A stretch of DNA of 64,000 bases from Vicugna vicugna. Its lineage: Eukaryota. The position numbers and the translations under genes are program-made. Of the stretch, positions 12,503 to 26,320 are shown in pieces (positions within the stretch are counted from its first letter, which is position 1; each line of letters starts with the position of its first letter). The notes under the pieces were generated by a model. That model ran no database searches, was not told the DNA's origin, and saw only the letters and a program-made list of their open reading frames with translations. The stretch is taken from contig MU058241.1 in assembly GCA_013265495.1 (NCBI GenBank), positions 62,001-126,000 on the forward strand, in the 5' to 3' direction.

Positions 12503-13067
12503 TGTGGTAGCAAGTCTCCAAGATGGTCCCCGATGGTCCTCATCTCCTCGTGTTCTCACGCTTGCCTCATCACCACCCCTCGCTGAACATGGTTGACCTC
12601 TGTGGCCAAGAAGATCCTGAGAAAGTAACAGCATGTGGCTTTGAGAAAGTGTTGGTTTGTGACTTCTGAGGCTAGGTCTTGGCAGCCATTTCTAGTTCCT
12701 CTCTGGAGTCTTGGATCGCTCACTCTGGGGAGTCAGTCACCATGCTGTGAATATGCTCAAGCTGTCCTGTGGAGAGGCCCTGTGGAGAGGAACAGAGGCC
12801 TCTCTCTTGACAGCCAGGATCAATGCCCCTGCCATGTGAGTAAGCCACCTTGGAAGGGGGTCCTGTAACCTCCAGTCTTCAGATGCTTCCAGTCTCCAGT
12901 CTTTAAGTCTTCCCACGCAAGGCCAAATATCATGAATCCAGAATCCCTCCTGAGCACTGTCTGGATTCCTGACCCAAAGAAACTCTGAAATGCAATAAAT
13001 GTTTACGGTTGTTTTAAGTCATTAAATTGGAGAAGGATTTATTATGCAGCCATAGACAACTAATACA
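12503..13067 (+). mobile_element. MLT1F/G-like LTR
   Basis: TGTGGTAG..CCAAGATGGTCCCC start, CCTGTGGAGAGGCCC core, AATAAATG..GTTGTTTTAAG..ACTAATACA end. Confidence 0.8.
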
Positions 13068-16000
13068 CAGCCTTTCCTAAGTACTAGAGACACTACCCAG
13101 TACTCAACAGCAGAGCTGAAGTTTGAATTCCAGTACTCTGACCTCTGACCCGGTGGAGTCTGATTCCACACTGCCACAGGAGCAAAGATGAGGACTCAGT
13201 TAATGGTAAAGGAACTGCATGCTGGGTGCTGGGTACTTGGTGCACGATAGATGTGAAATAGATAAGGAGCCTTGAAAGGTCATCTCTGGCTGAAGACACG
13301 GAAGGTTTCAAAGCTATAGTTCATCACAGAATTGCAGCACTGCGAGTGTGTCTCCAGCAGAAGACATTATGACTTCCCCGTAGAACGCTTCCCTCTGCAG
13401 ACTGTCTCCCAGTCTACGAGAGGTGTGGCCAGCTGCTCCATTCCTACACACGCTTCTCCCCTCTGCAGGATGTACTTCCCACTCTCAGAAATAGTTCCAA
13501 CTCATTCATTGGTGTTGCCCACAAATCAGCTTTTCAGGGTCCATCTTCTACTTCCAAGCGTCCTTTACTGCCTTGAAGTAAGTATGTATGTCCCTGATGG
13601 GCTCCCGGTCACATTCACAATTTCCACTTAAAAGACAGTTCTTCTCATTCCGATCAGTTAAAGACAATATGGAAACGAGAAGATACCAGCTGCCCACCCC
13701 GTCACACACACACCCAAAGAAAGAGAAGAAAGTCCCATAGGCTTTTTATAATTTTTTAGATAGTAAACCAATGCCAGCCCACAAATGTGGAAACCTGACC
13801 GCCTTGGCAAGGATTCTGGCAGCTGGGGAGGCAGACTCTTCTAAACGTAACAGTTTTAAAAAGCATTCATCAGTTGAATGCCTCTCTCACCACTTACCTC
13901 TGTCTCCCAGCGATCATTCTGTGTGTCGCGTCAGGCACAGGCCCTGAGAAGTGCTATGTACATACAGGAAGAAATGTCCCCTCTGAAGCATCATTCGGAA
14001 GCTGGAATTGCTAAGTGGTCCAAGGACAGGCTGAAAGGCAATATCCTTGATTCAAGAGATCAGGGTGGGGAAAGATCAATCTTGGCCACATCACCAGTGA
14101 GACCAGTCAGGGGCTTGGAAGCTTCTGAAGACATGGCTTAAACCAACAGGTTCTCCTGCCTGTGAATTCCTTGGCCTCAAGACTCAGTAGGGGGCTGGGA
14201 GTTTTCTAGAACACACAGCGTGATTCTCTGCCTCACATACCATCAGCAAGGACATGAGGCCTCCGCATGTGTTCTTTTAAATGGAGAGGGAAAAAATCAC
14301 AAACCAGAGCACACGTGACATGCCCTGTCCCCTGTACGCCCCCACCCCGCCCTGCCACATCTGGTCAGAATGTTCTCTGTTTTACATACACATCACCATG
14401 ATAAATGTTTAACACGTTTTGGATTAAACAGAAGACACTGCAAAGAGTCCTAAATTAAATTCAGGAGGTCCCTAGGGGTTTGCGGGTGAGAAAACCAAAC
14501 TGAAAATATTCAGACCTGAAATATTTGGGAAAAGCATTTAACTGTACCAGTATTGTCTGGCGTGTTATTTTGGCAACCATTTGAATACTAAGCACGTGGC
14601 CATACTATGTAATCGAATCACGTGTTTATGCTCACGGACACTTACCACGAAGGAAGCCATTTTACATCCGCGGGCTCACCTCATTCTCACCCCTTGCTAG
14701 AGTGGAGATATTAGCATGCACCCTCACAGAAAGATGACGGAAACTGCCTAGCACCACACAACCAATAAAAGACGGAGCTCGGGCTCACCCGAGAACCATC
14801 CACCTCCAAAGCCCAGGTGCCTCCACTGTCTGACACCGTCTCTGTTATAGGCATAAACTCAGGCATATTTGTACCTTAAGTGCCTTAAGATGCATCACAG
14901 TAAATGTGTCTAAACTTGATCGTGGAATGAGTCATCTGCAAACTAGAATTCCTGCTTTTCTGTTTTGACAGTTTTATTCCAGTATATTTACTCTTCAAAA
15001 CCCAGTTCAAGTATCACCGCCTGTGAGAAGTTTTCCCCAAATCCAGCCAGGACTCTGCTCTGCCCTTTATACTCTGTACCTCACCTCTCTCCTTATTGTT
15101 GGTTCCTTTGTATTTGTTTGGCTGCAGGAACACCTTTAAGGTAGAGCTAATGTCTCTTTACCTTCCTTGGCCTGCTGGAAATGTCATTTTGAAAGTCTCG
15201 ATGCATGGAGGTATAAGAAGTATGCAGTAACATGTACAGCTTTTGGGTGTGCCATGGGCCGGGTTTTGACACCTATGTACCCAACACCCCTGCCGAGATG
15301 CAGATCATTTCCACATCTTTTCTACCCCTTTGCAGCCAGTGCTCTTTAGGCCGCCATTTGAGCGTTGTGAAACATTTCAGACTCCACTGTCCGCTGGATC
15401 CTACATCTGTCTTCCTTCTTCCAGCTGGTGCTCCTGGAAACCTGCTGGCTGCCCAGGTTCTAAAGCCCAAGGTCTTTTGTGTCCTATCTTCCCCCTATCT
15501 TCATCCTGATCCAGCAGACTTTGAGGAGCACCTGTGTTCCCAGAGGTTCTGTGCTGAGGACTGAGTCACTGGCCAAGGCCAGTCAGTGCCCCTCCCTGCA
15601 GTCCTTCCTCGGAGCCTCCTATTTCCTCCATCCACTGTCTGGTTCATGGCCTCCTCATCTTCAGACTGGTACTTCCCAGCCATGGGTCAGGTCTCGCCAC
15701 ATCCTACTCTTCCAAGACAACAACCCCAGGGCTCCTGGCTGCTGTTAGAAACCTTCCACGCCTCCCCATTCGGTACCAACCACAACATACAAAATGACAT
15801 CCCAGCTCCTTAGCCCGGCTTCAGGAAATTTCACCATCTTAGCTCCAGGTTGCCTTTTCCAGCTTTTCTTCACCTGCTTCCATGAGACATAAACTCCAGT
15901 CACCCTTGGCCAGTTTGTTTCTTTAAAAAGATGTTTTGTTTCCTTCTAGCTCTGAGTCTTTGCCCAGGCTGTGCCCTCTGCTTGGAATGCCGTTCCTTCT

Positions 16001-16573
16001 GCCTCTTTGGAAATCCTACTCGCCTTCAGAGTTCTGTTCCCCAAGGTCTTTCCAGGTGGCCTTCTGTACCCTATGGAATGTCTTGTCTACCTATTCACAC
16101 TCCACCCTTGCACCCTCTGGCTGGAATTCACAGGTCCTTAGCCCCTACCAGCTACACTGCTGGCCTCACGCCACCAAGGAGTCCATGTCACGAGAATAGG
16201 GAGAGAACAAGCGTTCTCTCAGGAAGAGCAGCAGTGTTTGTTCTGCTCCATTTGCTCTGCTTGTTTTCACACTGTGGATGCGTGCGTGACTGTATTCCTC
16301 TCTTCACATTGGCTGCTGGGAAGCTTAGAGCCAAATACAGAGTCCTCCTCTCATGCAGAGCTCATAGGATGAATTCTGTACCTCTGGTTTTGTCTCCTGT
16401 TTCCATTCTTATTTCCCCAATAGCCGTATTTCTTCATCTGGTTTCATCTCCTAGGTGGGTTTTGACTATGTTTCTGCTCATAGTAGGCACTCGGCTTGCT
16501 TGTTCAAGGGAACAATTCACTGACTTCGCTGGAATGCAGCAGAGAAAACAAAAGCTCTTCAAGAGCAGAGGGA

Positions 16574-16794
16574 GGGGGAGGGGACAGCTCAGTGGTAGAG
16601 TGTGTGCTTAGCACACACAAGGTCCTGGGTTCAATCCCCAGTACCTCCAACAAAAATAATAATAATATAATAAATAAGTAAACAAATAAACCTAATTACC
16701 CACCTCCAAAGAAAACAAGGATAAAATACTGGGCTTACAAACAAACAACAAAAACCTTATCTGCTAAGAAAAAAAAAAAGACCTTAAAAAAAAA
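16574..16794 (+). mobile_element. tRNA-Ala-derived SINE (vic-1-like) with extended tail
   Basis: A/B-box head, AATAAACCTAATTACC motif, perfect 13-bp TSD AAGAGCAGAGGGA (16561-16573, 16795-16807). Confidence 0.92.
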
Positions 16795-18315
16795 AAGAGC
16801 AGAGGGATGTCTCTCTGATTCAACTTTATGCCCAATCCCTACCCCCAACAGCCTAGCACAGAGCTTGGAGCAAAGTAGAAATTTGATAAATGATCAATTT
16901 CACGAATTAAAAAAGTGGAGGGGGCATAAGAGCTCAAACTCATCGGTTAATGGGTATAGTAAAATCCCTGAAAATAAAGTTGCTTCTATTCCAGGATTAT
17001 TATAAATTATGGGCACGGAGCTAACATTTAGAAAAAGAAGAGATTGCTTTTGGGCTTTAAGAATAACTCCAAGCGTTATTCAGCTAAGCAGAAGCCTGCC
17101 AAAGAAAGGGCCGTGCCTACAAGTACCAGAGCATGTAACTATGGAAAGAATCTCTGTCCTGGGAGCGCTGGTGTTTCTGGGGATCTGTCGGAAGGCTGGT
17201 TGCTTCTGTCACAACAAAAGGAAAAGACAAGATGAAATTAATGATTCTTCGACGCCTCTTTATGTGCCTACACCAGTCCTGTTGTGTAGAAACTTAAGAT
17301 TGATGCCTTCATAAAGAAAGCCCAGAAAGTGTGAAGGCTGACGAGGGAACCATTTCTCCTGATCACAGTACCTGCTTTCCCTTTCAGCTCCCATGCAAAG
17401 AGACCTCGGCCATCATCTCCCCGTGAGTCTCTCTCACTGTATCTCCGGGTGGGTCTCCAGAGTCCCTCGGGTGTCTATCAAATGCCGACGCCCACATCCC
17501 CAATTCTGATGTGGCAGGACTTGATTCCATCAGCTCCGGAGGAGAAGCCCCGGGGCTTCGGTTCATCAGGAGTGCAACACTGCTGTTCCACTGCTGGGGC
17601 CCTGGACACTGACAGGCCAGAGGCGAGTCCATCAGGTCGAGGTGATGGGCGGAAAGCTAGAGGCAAGAGCATTCCTGAGAATGAATCACAGCTCCTTTAT
17701 CACCCTGCCCTCAGCTGTTGTCCTGTTGATCTATGAAGCTGCTTAGAGAAACAGGGTGTCGTGGTTGGAACCCCAAACAATGGCAGCCCACCTGCCCTCC
17801 ATCTTCAGGCAGTCCTACTCGAACTGTGACAGCCATTCCTCCTAGGGAACTTCCCAGAGGAGAACTCAGGGCGTTTCTTTTGGTGCCAATTCCAGGGTAT
17901 AAGCCCGTCTACCCTCCCTCACAGAGATCTTCAGCCTCACCTCCATCCGACAGGCGAAACACCAGTCTGGGGACATGCAGGGAGCCCCAGGACACATGCA
18001 ATGGCAGCAGGAGAGTTACAAGAGTCATCTCACCCTGTGGCAACTTGGTGAGGGGTTCCGAAACTGCCCTGCACCTTGCTGTATTTTGTCTGCAGGCAGC
18101 GCAGCAAGATAACTCTATCCTCATGTGGTTTGCATTTCAGTAATTTTTTTAACCTGAGAAATAATGGTAGGTTTTTCTCCTTTTCCTTTTTTCCCACAGT
18201 GAAACACTGAATAAACCAGACATCAGAGTCTGTCAATGAAAGCTAGCGTACTTGGTTTCCATCGCTTTCCTTGACGTCCTCGAACTTCAATCTTTGGCCA
18301 TCAGTGGCTATAAAT

Positions 18316-18531
18316 CAGGGTTTCTCAGCCTCAGCACTACTGACGTGGGGGCTGGATAAGCCTTTGATGCGGGGCTGTCCTGCACACTGCAGGACGTTTA
18401 GCAGCCCTCCTGTTCTCTACCCACTCGCAGCCAGGAGCAGCCCACCCTTCCCAGGGGTGGCAACCAAACATGTCTCCAGACAGCGCCAAATGTTCCCTGG
18501 GGAGCAGAATCACTCCAGCTGAAAACCGCTG
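18316..18531 (-). mobile_element. MER20 hAT-Charlie MITE
   Basis: CAGGGTTTCTCAGCCTCAGCACTA..ATGTCTCCAGACAGCGCCAAATGTTCCCTGGGG..TGAAAACCGCTG; full length, about 216 bp. Confidence 0.88.
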
Positions 18532-19295
18532 CTGTAGAGGAAAGAGGCTGGGAGAGTCAGGGCAAGGATTGCTCTTTCAAGTGGTTGTCTCTGCTGCAAA
18601 GCTTTACAAAAAGTACCAACAACCTGCCTCTCCCTTATGTTACCCGTTTCCTCATCCTCTACTCTGCTATCAGGGAAGCTGGGAGCCATGAAGCAGCAAG
18701 CTCCTAGAGGGACACAGGCATTTTGTATGTAGACTTGCACTGATGGATCTTCAGGGAATCTTCCCAGACCTGAGGCCTCAAGGCAGGGGCTGGGAGAGGT
18801 GGGAGGAGACAAGGATGGGGAAACTGGACCATTTTTCAACTGAGAGCAGCTAAAGTCTGGGTTGCATTGAGAAAACGCACTGACTGAATTTTCCTTCATA
18901 GTTCATGTGACAGACTCTGTGAAAATCTTTTCCCTCCTCTCTCCCTCTTTCTTATTATCACATACAAATGGCAAATGTCCTTAAATCTCTTCCACACACT
19001 GACCAGTGTGCTCTCGAGCAAGGCATTCCTACGGACTCCTTTTCCTGCCCCATCCCTCATTTCTCTCCGGCTTTCTCCCTCCGCTCATTCTGAGCCTTAC
19101 ATAAATCTCCTTCCTTCCAGCGCTGCTGCCACCATCACCGCCACAGCAAAAGCTTCAGGCAGACTGCAGGTGAGGGAGGAGAGCTCCTTCCATCAGGCGA
19201 GAGGCTTGGCTCTACACAGTACAAATCCCCCCCCCCCAATTAATACGAGAATTAACTCTGTGGTCTACTTATTGAATTGCTATGTTGTTTTGAAC

Positions 19296-19896
19296 TCTAC
19301 TAGTTTTCTTTCACTACATCACATATCACCACACACTGATAGGCTTAAAATCACACCCACTTATCGGCTCACAGTTCCAAGGTCAGCAGTCTGGGTCTGT
19401 GCGGCCACGTCCTCTGCTCAGCTCTCCCCAGGCCGCGTGGAGGCGGGGCCTGGCTGCAGCGGTGGTGCTGTGCTTCTTAGCTGAAGGTCTGGTCGTTTCC
19501 CAAAGTCAAGCGGTTGTGGCAGGATTCAGCTCCGTGCAGTGGGAGAGCCGAGGTCCTGTTTCCTTGCTGGCTGTCAGCTCCCAGAAGGCCTCCGCATTCT
19601 TTGCCACCTGGCTCCCTTCATCTTTTAATCCAGTAGCAGAGACCCTGCCCCACCTGATTCCCCTTCATGCTTCAAATCTCTTTCCAAAAAAGTCCTGTCA
19701 CCTATAAGTCCTCATCTAGTTAGGTAACACCCACTGAGCATAATCTCCCTTCTTAAGGTCGACTGATTGGGGGTTGAATTCCACCTGCACAATCCCTTCA
19801 GAGAAGCATCTAGGTTCTTGTGATTGAATAACTCAGAGGTGTGTGTATGCCAGAGGTCAGGAATGTTAAGGGTCATCTTAGAACTCTGCCTACCAC
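19296..19896 (-). mobile_element. MLT1E-like LTR
   Basis: GGCTTAAAATCACAC..CTCACAGTTCC at one end, GGGTCATCTTAGAACTCTGCCTACCAC at the other. Confidence 0.75.
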
Positions 19897-20782
19897 GGAG
19901 TCTAATACGAAAATGGTAGACTCCTGCCACTAGAAAGCCACCACTCTATCGAGGAATCATTGACTGATTGATTCATTCATTCCCCTTACACCAGCACTGA
20001 ACATGCAAGATGCCCTTACGTAATATTCATTACCTAACGTTTCTGAGAAGTAAATTACCTCATTCAACAAATATGGAGTATCAATTATATTTCAGACACT
20101 TTTCTAGGCGTAGAAGACACAACGATAAACTGTCAGAGAAGAGTCTTGTTCCAACAGTGACTGAACGAATGGACAAACATCTGAGACTTCCCAGACCACC
20201 AGGTCCTCACTGGCCTGCCTTCTCATTCAATAGACACTTACTGGTTCCTGACTTTCTGTGATTAAGTATGAATCTTTAACCAGTTATTCCTTAAGAGAAA
20301 TAAAGAGTTGCTCAAGACAACTGATGAGACAGAATGTGGAGCTAAATATGGCAGGCTCATTCACCAACTCAGATTCCCTCGCTATGCTGTCCTTAGGTAA
20401 ATGGATGAATGGCCAGATGGCGGTTACTGAATCACCCCCTCGCCTTGGCTGAGTGTGGAGGTAAAGGCAGGGTGGTGGAGATACGGGGCTGCTTGATAAG
20501 AACTTCTTCCTCTTGGAGACCAAAGTACAGGATATGGGGACCTGGAAGAAAGAGCTGAATGGGAAGTCCAATAACTTTTGCGATGAGTCAGATGTGGTCT
20601 CAAAGCCAGGACTGGAGGCAGAAATCCAAGAGTGAGGTTGTGGCGAAGAACGGCAGTTAGACTGTAAGTGTGAGCAGGTGTTATGACTTGCCCCTTTGGG
20701 CATTTGGAGTGGGTCTCTAGGTGGGCTGGCTGAGCACGAAGAGATGATTAGGACAGGCAGGACCACACCCCTATATCTAAGT

Positions 20783-21002
20783 CTGATGCTCTCACTGGGG
20801 AGTGAGTGTGTCCCCACTTCCCCTCTGAAACATTTGGCAATGTCTGCAGACATTTTTCGTTGTCATAACGGGGGTGGGGATGCGTTTCAGCATCTCTAGA
20901 GGTCAGGGATGCTGCTCAACAGTCTGCGGTGCACAGGACAGCACCAGCAACAAAGCATGCTCTGGTCCCAAACATCAAGAGTCCTGAGGCTGAGGATTCC
21001 TG
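20783..21002 (+). mobile_element. MER20 MITE
   Basis: ACATTTGGCAATGTCTGCAGACATTTTTCGTTGTCATAAC..GGGATGCTGCTCAACA..TGCACAGGACAGC. Confidence 0.82.
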
Positions 21003-22714
21003 TGCTAACCAGATCCACATGTTGCGATCAATGGCTGAACAAATGATCAATGACCCAATGGCCACTGCATTCAGCGGATTGTGTTGGCAACTGATACCCG
21101 CTCAGGGCTCCACATTCAACCAGTCTCAGGGCCACAATACACACACTGGACCCCAGTCTACTGTTAGGGTGCACAATCCACAAGAGGATAAACAAATTAC
21201 CTGAGAATTTTGGTGTCCTGTTCGTCAAACGATAATTCCTGGTATATATAACTTGGAACACTTAATTCACATTTTTTCTTACTTGTTTAGTTTTTGATTT
21301 GGACCATCTTTATTGTGAAGAATGCACAATTTTAGGTCTCAAAGCACAATTAACCCTTAGGGAGTGGGTTGTGAATTTTCCGGTTTCCTCGAGTTTCATC
21401 AAAAGACCCCAGATTCCATCTTGTTGCAACACACAACAAATATTTCACTCCTCGGCCCTCCTGAAGGGAGTGCAGCCTGAAGCTGTAACTTCACCTTCCC
21501 TGGGTGCAGGCAAACCTCGCGACAAGCCCTGCACTCTAAGGGCTGATTTCCATCTAACGGCCCCAATATTACACTCGGCAAGTTGCATTCTCACTGAAGT
21601 TTCAGAGACTCTCCCTTTCATCATCCACATCTTTCATGAAATCAGGTTTTGGAAAACATAATTTTGATTGGGGTATGTTCCAACTGACTGAGAATATACA
21701 GTATTTTAAATGTTTTTCAAGTCTAGAGCAAATGCTATCTTTTTTGATGAGATTATGAGTATCAAATACAGATGTCCAAACGGCAGGAATTCCTCGAATT
21801 CTAGAGAAAGCGGTGTAGGAAATAGAGCCCTGGATGGTTTTCTTCTTCTTTACAATTTCCCCTAATTAATCCTTCATCTTGGACTTGATGCCTTAAAGGT
21901 GTTTTAGAAGTGGCTTCCCAGGCTCAGAGAGAGGGTGTGGTCCTGCTTGGGTAAAGATGGCAGGCAGTCCAGTTCGGAACCTGTGTGGTGTGAGTGGAAA
22001 AGTGCTGGGGCCTCAAAGGTAATTTTTCCAGTAGGGAAAAAAAAAAAAAGTGCTACAGGTAATCAGTCTCCTTTTCTGTTCTTCTTTTTGGTCCTTGGTC
22101 TGTTTGGCAGTTACCTAAACTACAAGACCTGATAGTCATTTCTGTTTAATAATCCTGCTTTGAAACTCAAGAAGTACCCGCACGCAGCCCTGTCAACAGG
22201 GGATCATTAACGCTGAGCAGACAAAACATATACAGTTAATAGTTTTTATTGAAATAAATGCCCTGTGCACCCCCTGCTATTAAAAGAGCACACACAGGTT
22301 ACCTAGGACGAGGATTACTCGCTTTTGCACTTGAAAGTAGCGAAGAGGCTTGTTTTTATATGAGAAATAGAATTCACCTTTTTGGTTTTTACTCACTCCC
22401 AACCCAGCCTAGTTCCCAAAGTAAAAGGAGTTGGATTAACATTGGAAAAATGAATAAATTAAAACTGTCTTTGTGGGCACCTGTTTACTCCCCATTGGCT
22501 AATTGGTGTTTCAAGTAAAACTAAGATGCTGGCAAAGCTTTTGAGAGTTCTACTAGAATTTTAGTCAGGCTGTGGTACATTCCTGTTTTGTAGAAAACAC
22601 TAGGAGCCAGATTTTTACAGGCCACAGAAACCTGCACCCAAGTGCCTGCTATTTGCTTGTGAGAAGACAACAATGTCAACAAATACCCTAAATTTCACTA
22701 CGTAAGGCCAGGCT

Positions 22715-22775
22715 TCCTTCCCTTCCTCTCTCCCTCTCTTCCTTCCTTCCTTCTTCCCTTCCTCCCTTTTTCTTT
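22715..22775. repeat. Degenerate (CTTC)n polypyrimidine microsatellite
   Basis: Direct inspection: TCCTTCCCTTCCTCTCTCCCTCTCTTCCTTCCTTCC... Confidence 0.75.
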
Positions 22776-23539
22776 ATGTGCTTCTCTTAAAAATCAAGAG
22801 AACTACAGCTCTGCTTCAGGATTCTTGATTCTGAGATGGTGCCCCTTGGTACCATGGGGCCATCAGCTTTCCATCAAAATCACCCCCATTCATGAAGCAT
22901 CTCACAATTCCCAGGCCCCAAACTGAACTGCATCTTCCCCACCCAGCCCTGCTCCTTTTCCATCTTGGTTACTGAAATACACCCATCCTCCAACCTGTCT
23001 TCCTGCCTAAAATCTTTAAACCACTGTTCAACTGCTTCATCACAGTCAGTATTTATCCCGAGCTTTGCACACATGACAAGTTAAGGCTCTGTGAACTTCA
23101 GTCTAAATGCTGGCATGGAACCGGCACCAGACGAGGAAGCCCTACACATAATGTTTGACTCTGCTGCCTCAACTTCTTCCTGATCTCATGAACTCTCTCT
23201 TCTCTGTCTCCTCCTGGAGCCCTCACCTCCTTCTGGGCCATCTTCTCACTGGTCTTTCGGTCCCCACTGTGCCCCTCCCGTCCTTCCTCCTTCCCACTGC
23301 CAGCCTCTGGCTACAGCGCAACCTGAATGTCATCTGTTCCCCGTTCAAAAACCCACTCTCGCTCCCCAGCACTAAGGTGTGCAAAATCTGTTTCCTCATC
23401 AAGAATCCAAGGTTCTTGGGGACTTGACTTCATAACTATATTTCCAGCTTTACTTCCCACAATTTTGCCTCATAGACCGGATGACCGACCAAATGAAAAT
23501 CTCCGCTGACCTTATAATATACATCACAACAGCAATGAC

Positions 23540-23760
23540 AGCTGACTTGTTTTAGATATCCAACATGCACAAGGCTCTGTATGATGAAGCTGTAACAGAC
23601 TTCGATCCTCACAGCAACCTTAGGAGAGAGATGCTATTATTAACGCCCTTCAATGGAAACTGAGTAACTTACCCCGTGTGCCCAAAGTTGCTCAGAATGA
23701 CTCAGAGGGCCTGACATTGGAACTTGTGCTTTTAAGCAGGATGTGCACCAGGGTTTTCCA
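23540..23760. mobile_element. MIR SINE
   Basis: ATCCTCACAGCAACCTTAGGAGAGAGATGCTATTATTAACGCCC..ATGGAAACTGAG..TGCCCAAAGTTGCTCAG core. Confidence 0.6.
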
Positions 23761-23994
23761 TGTCTATGACTTTGCTCATGCTGGTTCACCTTGCAGGGCA
23801 TGTGTAACCAATTTTTTAAATCCACAGTTGACTCAGTCTGCACAACTGATTCAGTCTATCCACAATTAGTGCTGTGTTTCTGCCTCCTATGAACTCTTCC
23901 AGTTTCCTTCACCTGGGAGTTGTCTCTGAACATCCAGAGCATTTTGGCTGGTCCTCTGTGACATATGTCCTTTTACACATTCATTTAATGAATA

Positions 23995-24559
23995 CAGTTG
24001 ATTCTCATTATTCGCAGTAGTGATGTTCTACAAAGTCGCCAGGAACACTGAATTAATGAAGACGGAACCACTGCTCCTAGGGGAAATACAGGGTTAGGTT
24101 CCTATGAGTCTCTGCTTGCAGCATTTCATTAAGCAAATCAGTATGGAAGCTTGATGTATGTACGTTCCTGTTCAGAGGCACCTTATTTAGTGTGTATTTT
24201 TGATTGCTCACATTGAACTCATGGTCAGCAGCACTATAACTCATGCCTAGAGGAAGCTTGTCTAACATACATATTTTCTCCGTACAGCTCAGCACGGCCT
24301 TCTCATGCTTAGGAAACTAGACAGCACTTCAGCATTACTGGGCCATTTTAAGTGGCAAATCACCAACAAAAAGCACAAAAATGCAAAAAACATTGGCACT
24401 AAATAGGCTGTGAAAAACCTAGGCTGGGAATGTGCTTGTTGAGCAACAAAAAAAATTTTCACCATTGTGTACGTGTCCTTGAATGACTGTGAAAGCACCA
24501 CGAATATTGATTTCAATAAATAATTCTATCATGAATCCGTGATTAATGAGGATGGACTA
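23995..24559. mobile_element. MER82-like TcMar-Tigger DNA transposon derivative
   Basis: TA|CAGTTGATTCTCATTATTCGC ... GATTAATGAGGATGGACTA|TA terminal inverted repeats with TA target sites; internal CTCCTAGGGGAAATACAGGGTTAGGTTCC. Confidence 0.85.
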
Positions 24560-25704
24560 TATTTATTTCAACTTGTGTCACTGTTATTTAGTAAGGGCTT
24601 CTCTTTCTTGATAAATCATAATGTCCTCGAGAGAAACAGCTATGTTTTACTAAACTCTATGCTTCCCCCCCGATTAGCCCAATGCCTTTTTCATTTTAAG
24701 GGCTCAATAAATTATTTATTAAATTAATTAAAAGGAAAAGGAGGAAGTACATACTGGTTCAGAGGGTCATGATGTAATTTCTTCACGGTATCTGGCTTTC
24801 CTTCAGATATTTTTAGTCTACTTGATGGGCTATGCCTTCAAGATATGTTCAGTAATGTGTAATTGTCCCCCTTACCTCCAAAAGCTTTTCTTCTAATTTT
24901 AACACCAAAGATATTGGGGATGAGGGGGATGGATATTTTTCCCTCTTGGAAATATGCTGCAAATATATACTGCAATTCGGTGATGCTGTGCCAGCCCCCT
25001 GTGATGTTTTAGAAAATCATACCACATGTGGATAGTGGATGGACAGTCCTATGAAGTGGCGGGAATGGGGTGGCGGGGTAGGATGGGGAATAGTCTGTGA
25101 GCCACGGGCCAGTTTTAGTCGTGGCAGAAGCACAGTCTTCACCAGGGACAAAGCTGCCAATTTTCTTTCTCATTATTCTTGGTTAATGCCTCCTACTCAC
25201 GAGCATGATATTAATGATTCTCTTTCACTGCTTTTCTTTTTCTATTTATTAAAGTTGGCTTGGCTGTCCTACCCCCCCCCTTTGTGTTTTGAAGGGAATA
25301 CCAAAATAATGAGGCTGTTTTGTTCAACATCCATGAGCTTTAGTTACGTAAACCTTATATCAAATCAACATTTTTTCCCATTGCTATAACAGCACTCTCT
25401 CTACAATGATCATATGTGATTTTCCACTGCTGCAGGAGATGGGTAATTATTCTACCAAGCAACAAAACAGGTAGCTTTGGGAGCAATGTAAGAACCTGAC
25501 GTTCAAGGTTATATTTTAAGGACAGAGAGTCAGAATTTTCAAATTTAAAAAATAATGTCCATTCATGTATCAGGGCTTGTGACAGATAAGAATCCAATGG
25601 AGATTTCTGGTTTTCAACTCTTTTGCCCTATTCTTCTTCACAGGGTTGACTTTTTTTTCAAACCTCCCTGTAGGAGAATGTCATTAGGAAAATAGAAATA
25701 AATA

Positions 25705-26189
25705 CAATTGCAAATGTTGAGAATGGCCATGACCCTTCACTGCTACCTGCATGCATGCTCCTTTGCAATATGACTTTGCAATGACCCTTATCAATAGTTC
25801 AAATCTATTTTCCCTTCCTTTGACTCTGGCCTGACCCAGTAACTTGCTTTGGCCAACAGAATGTGATACCAGGGACACTTGTGTGAGTTCCAGGCTCAGA
25901 TGTCAAGAAGCCCCTCTTCTCTCTCAGAGCTCTGCCCAGCCTGTTGGAGGATGGCAGGCTATGTGGCTATGTGGAGTAGAGACTAGCCACCTGGTGAGCA
26001 GCCAGTCTCCAGTTTACCTGGAAGCAAACTGCAGATTCATGACTGAGCTCAGCCAAGAGTGAGTCCAGCCACTCAGCTGAATCCAGCTAAAATTTTTGAC
26101 CTGCAGAATCATAAAGTAAGTAAAAGGTGGTTATTTTAGGCTATTAAGTTTTGGGGATGCTTATTATGCAGAAAAAGCTGACTAATACA
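25705..26189 (+). mobile_element. MLT1H/I-like LTR
   Basis: ACTTGCTTTGGCCAACAGAATGTG core; end TTTTAGGCTATTAAGTTTTGGGG..TTATGCAG..CTGACTAATACA. Confidence 0.75.
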
Positions 26190-26320
26190 AATATTCTAAA
26201 GGATCTAAAATTTTTATCTAATGAGCATACAAGAGTAGTCACCTGAAAATTCTTTTCTAACTACTCCAAAACATCAGTGTTTTCAAGGATTTAAAAACTT
26301 AAAAAAAAAATTTTGGGAGT

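Noticed and set aside
17544..17559. Perfect 16-bp palindrome GAAGCCCCGGGGCTTC
   Set aside because: About one such palindrome is expected by chance in 64 kb, and it lies in what looks like a decayed MER5-type remnant.
21787..21805. EcoRI-EcoRI-XbaI cluster as vector/polylinker contamination
   Set aside because: Under 20 bp with no other vector sequence; the flanks are continuous genomic-like DNA.
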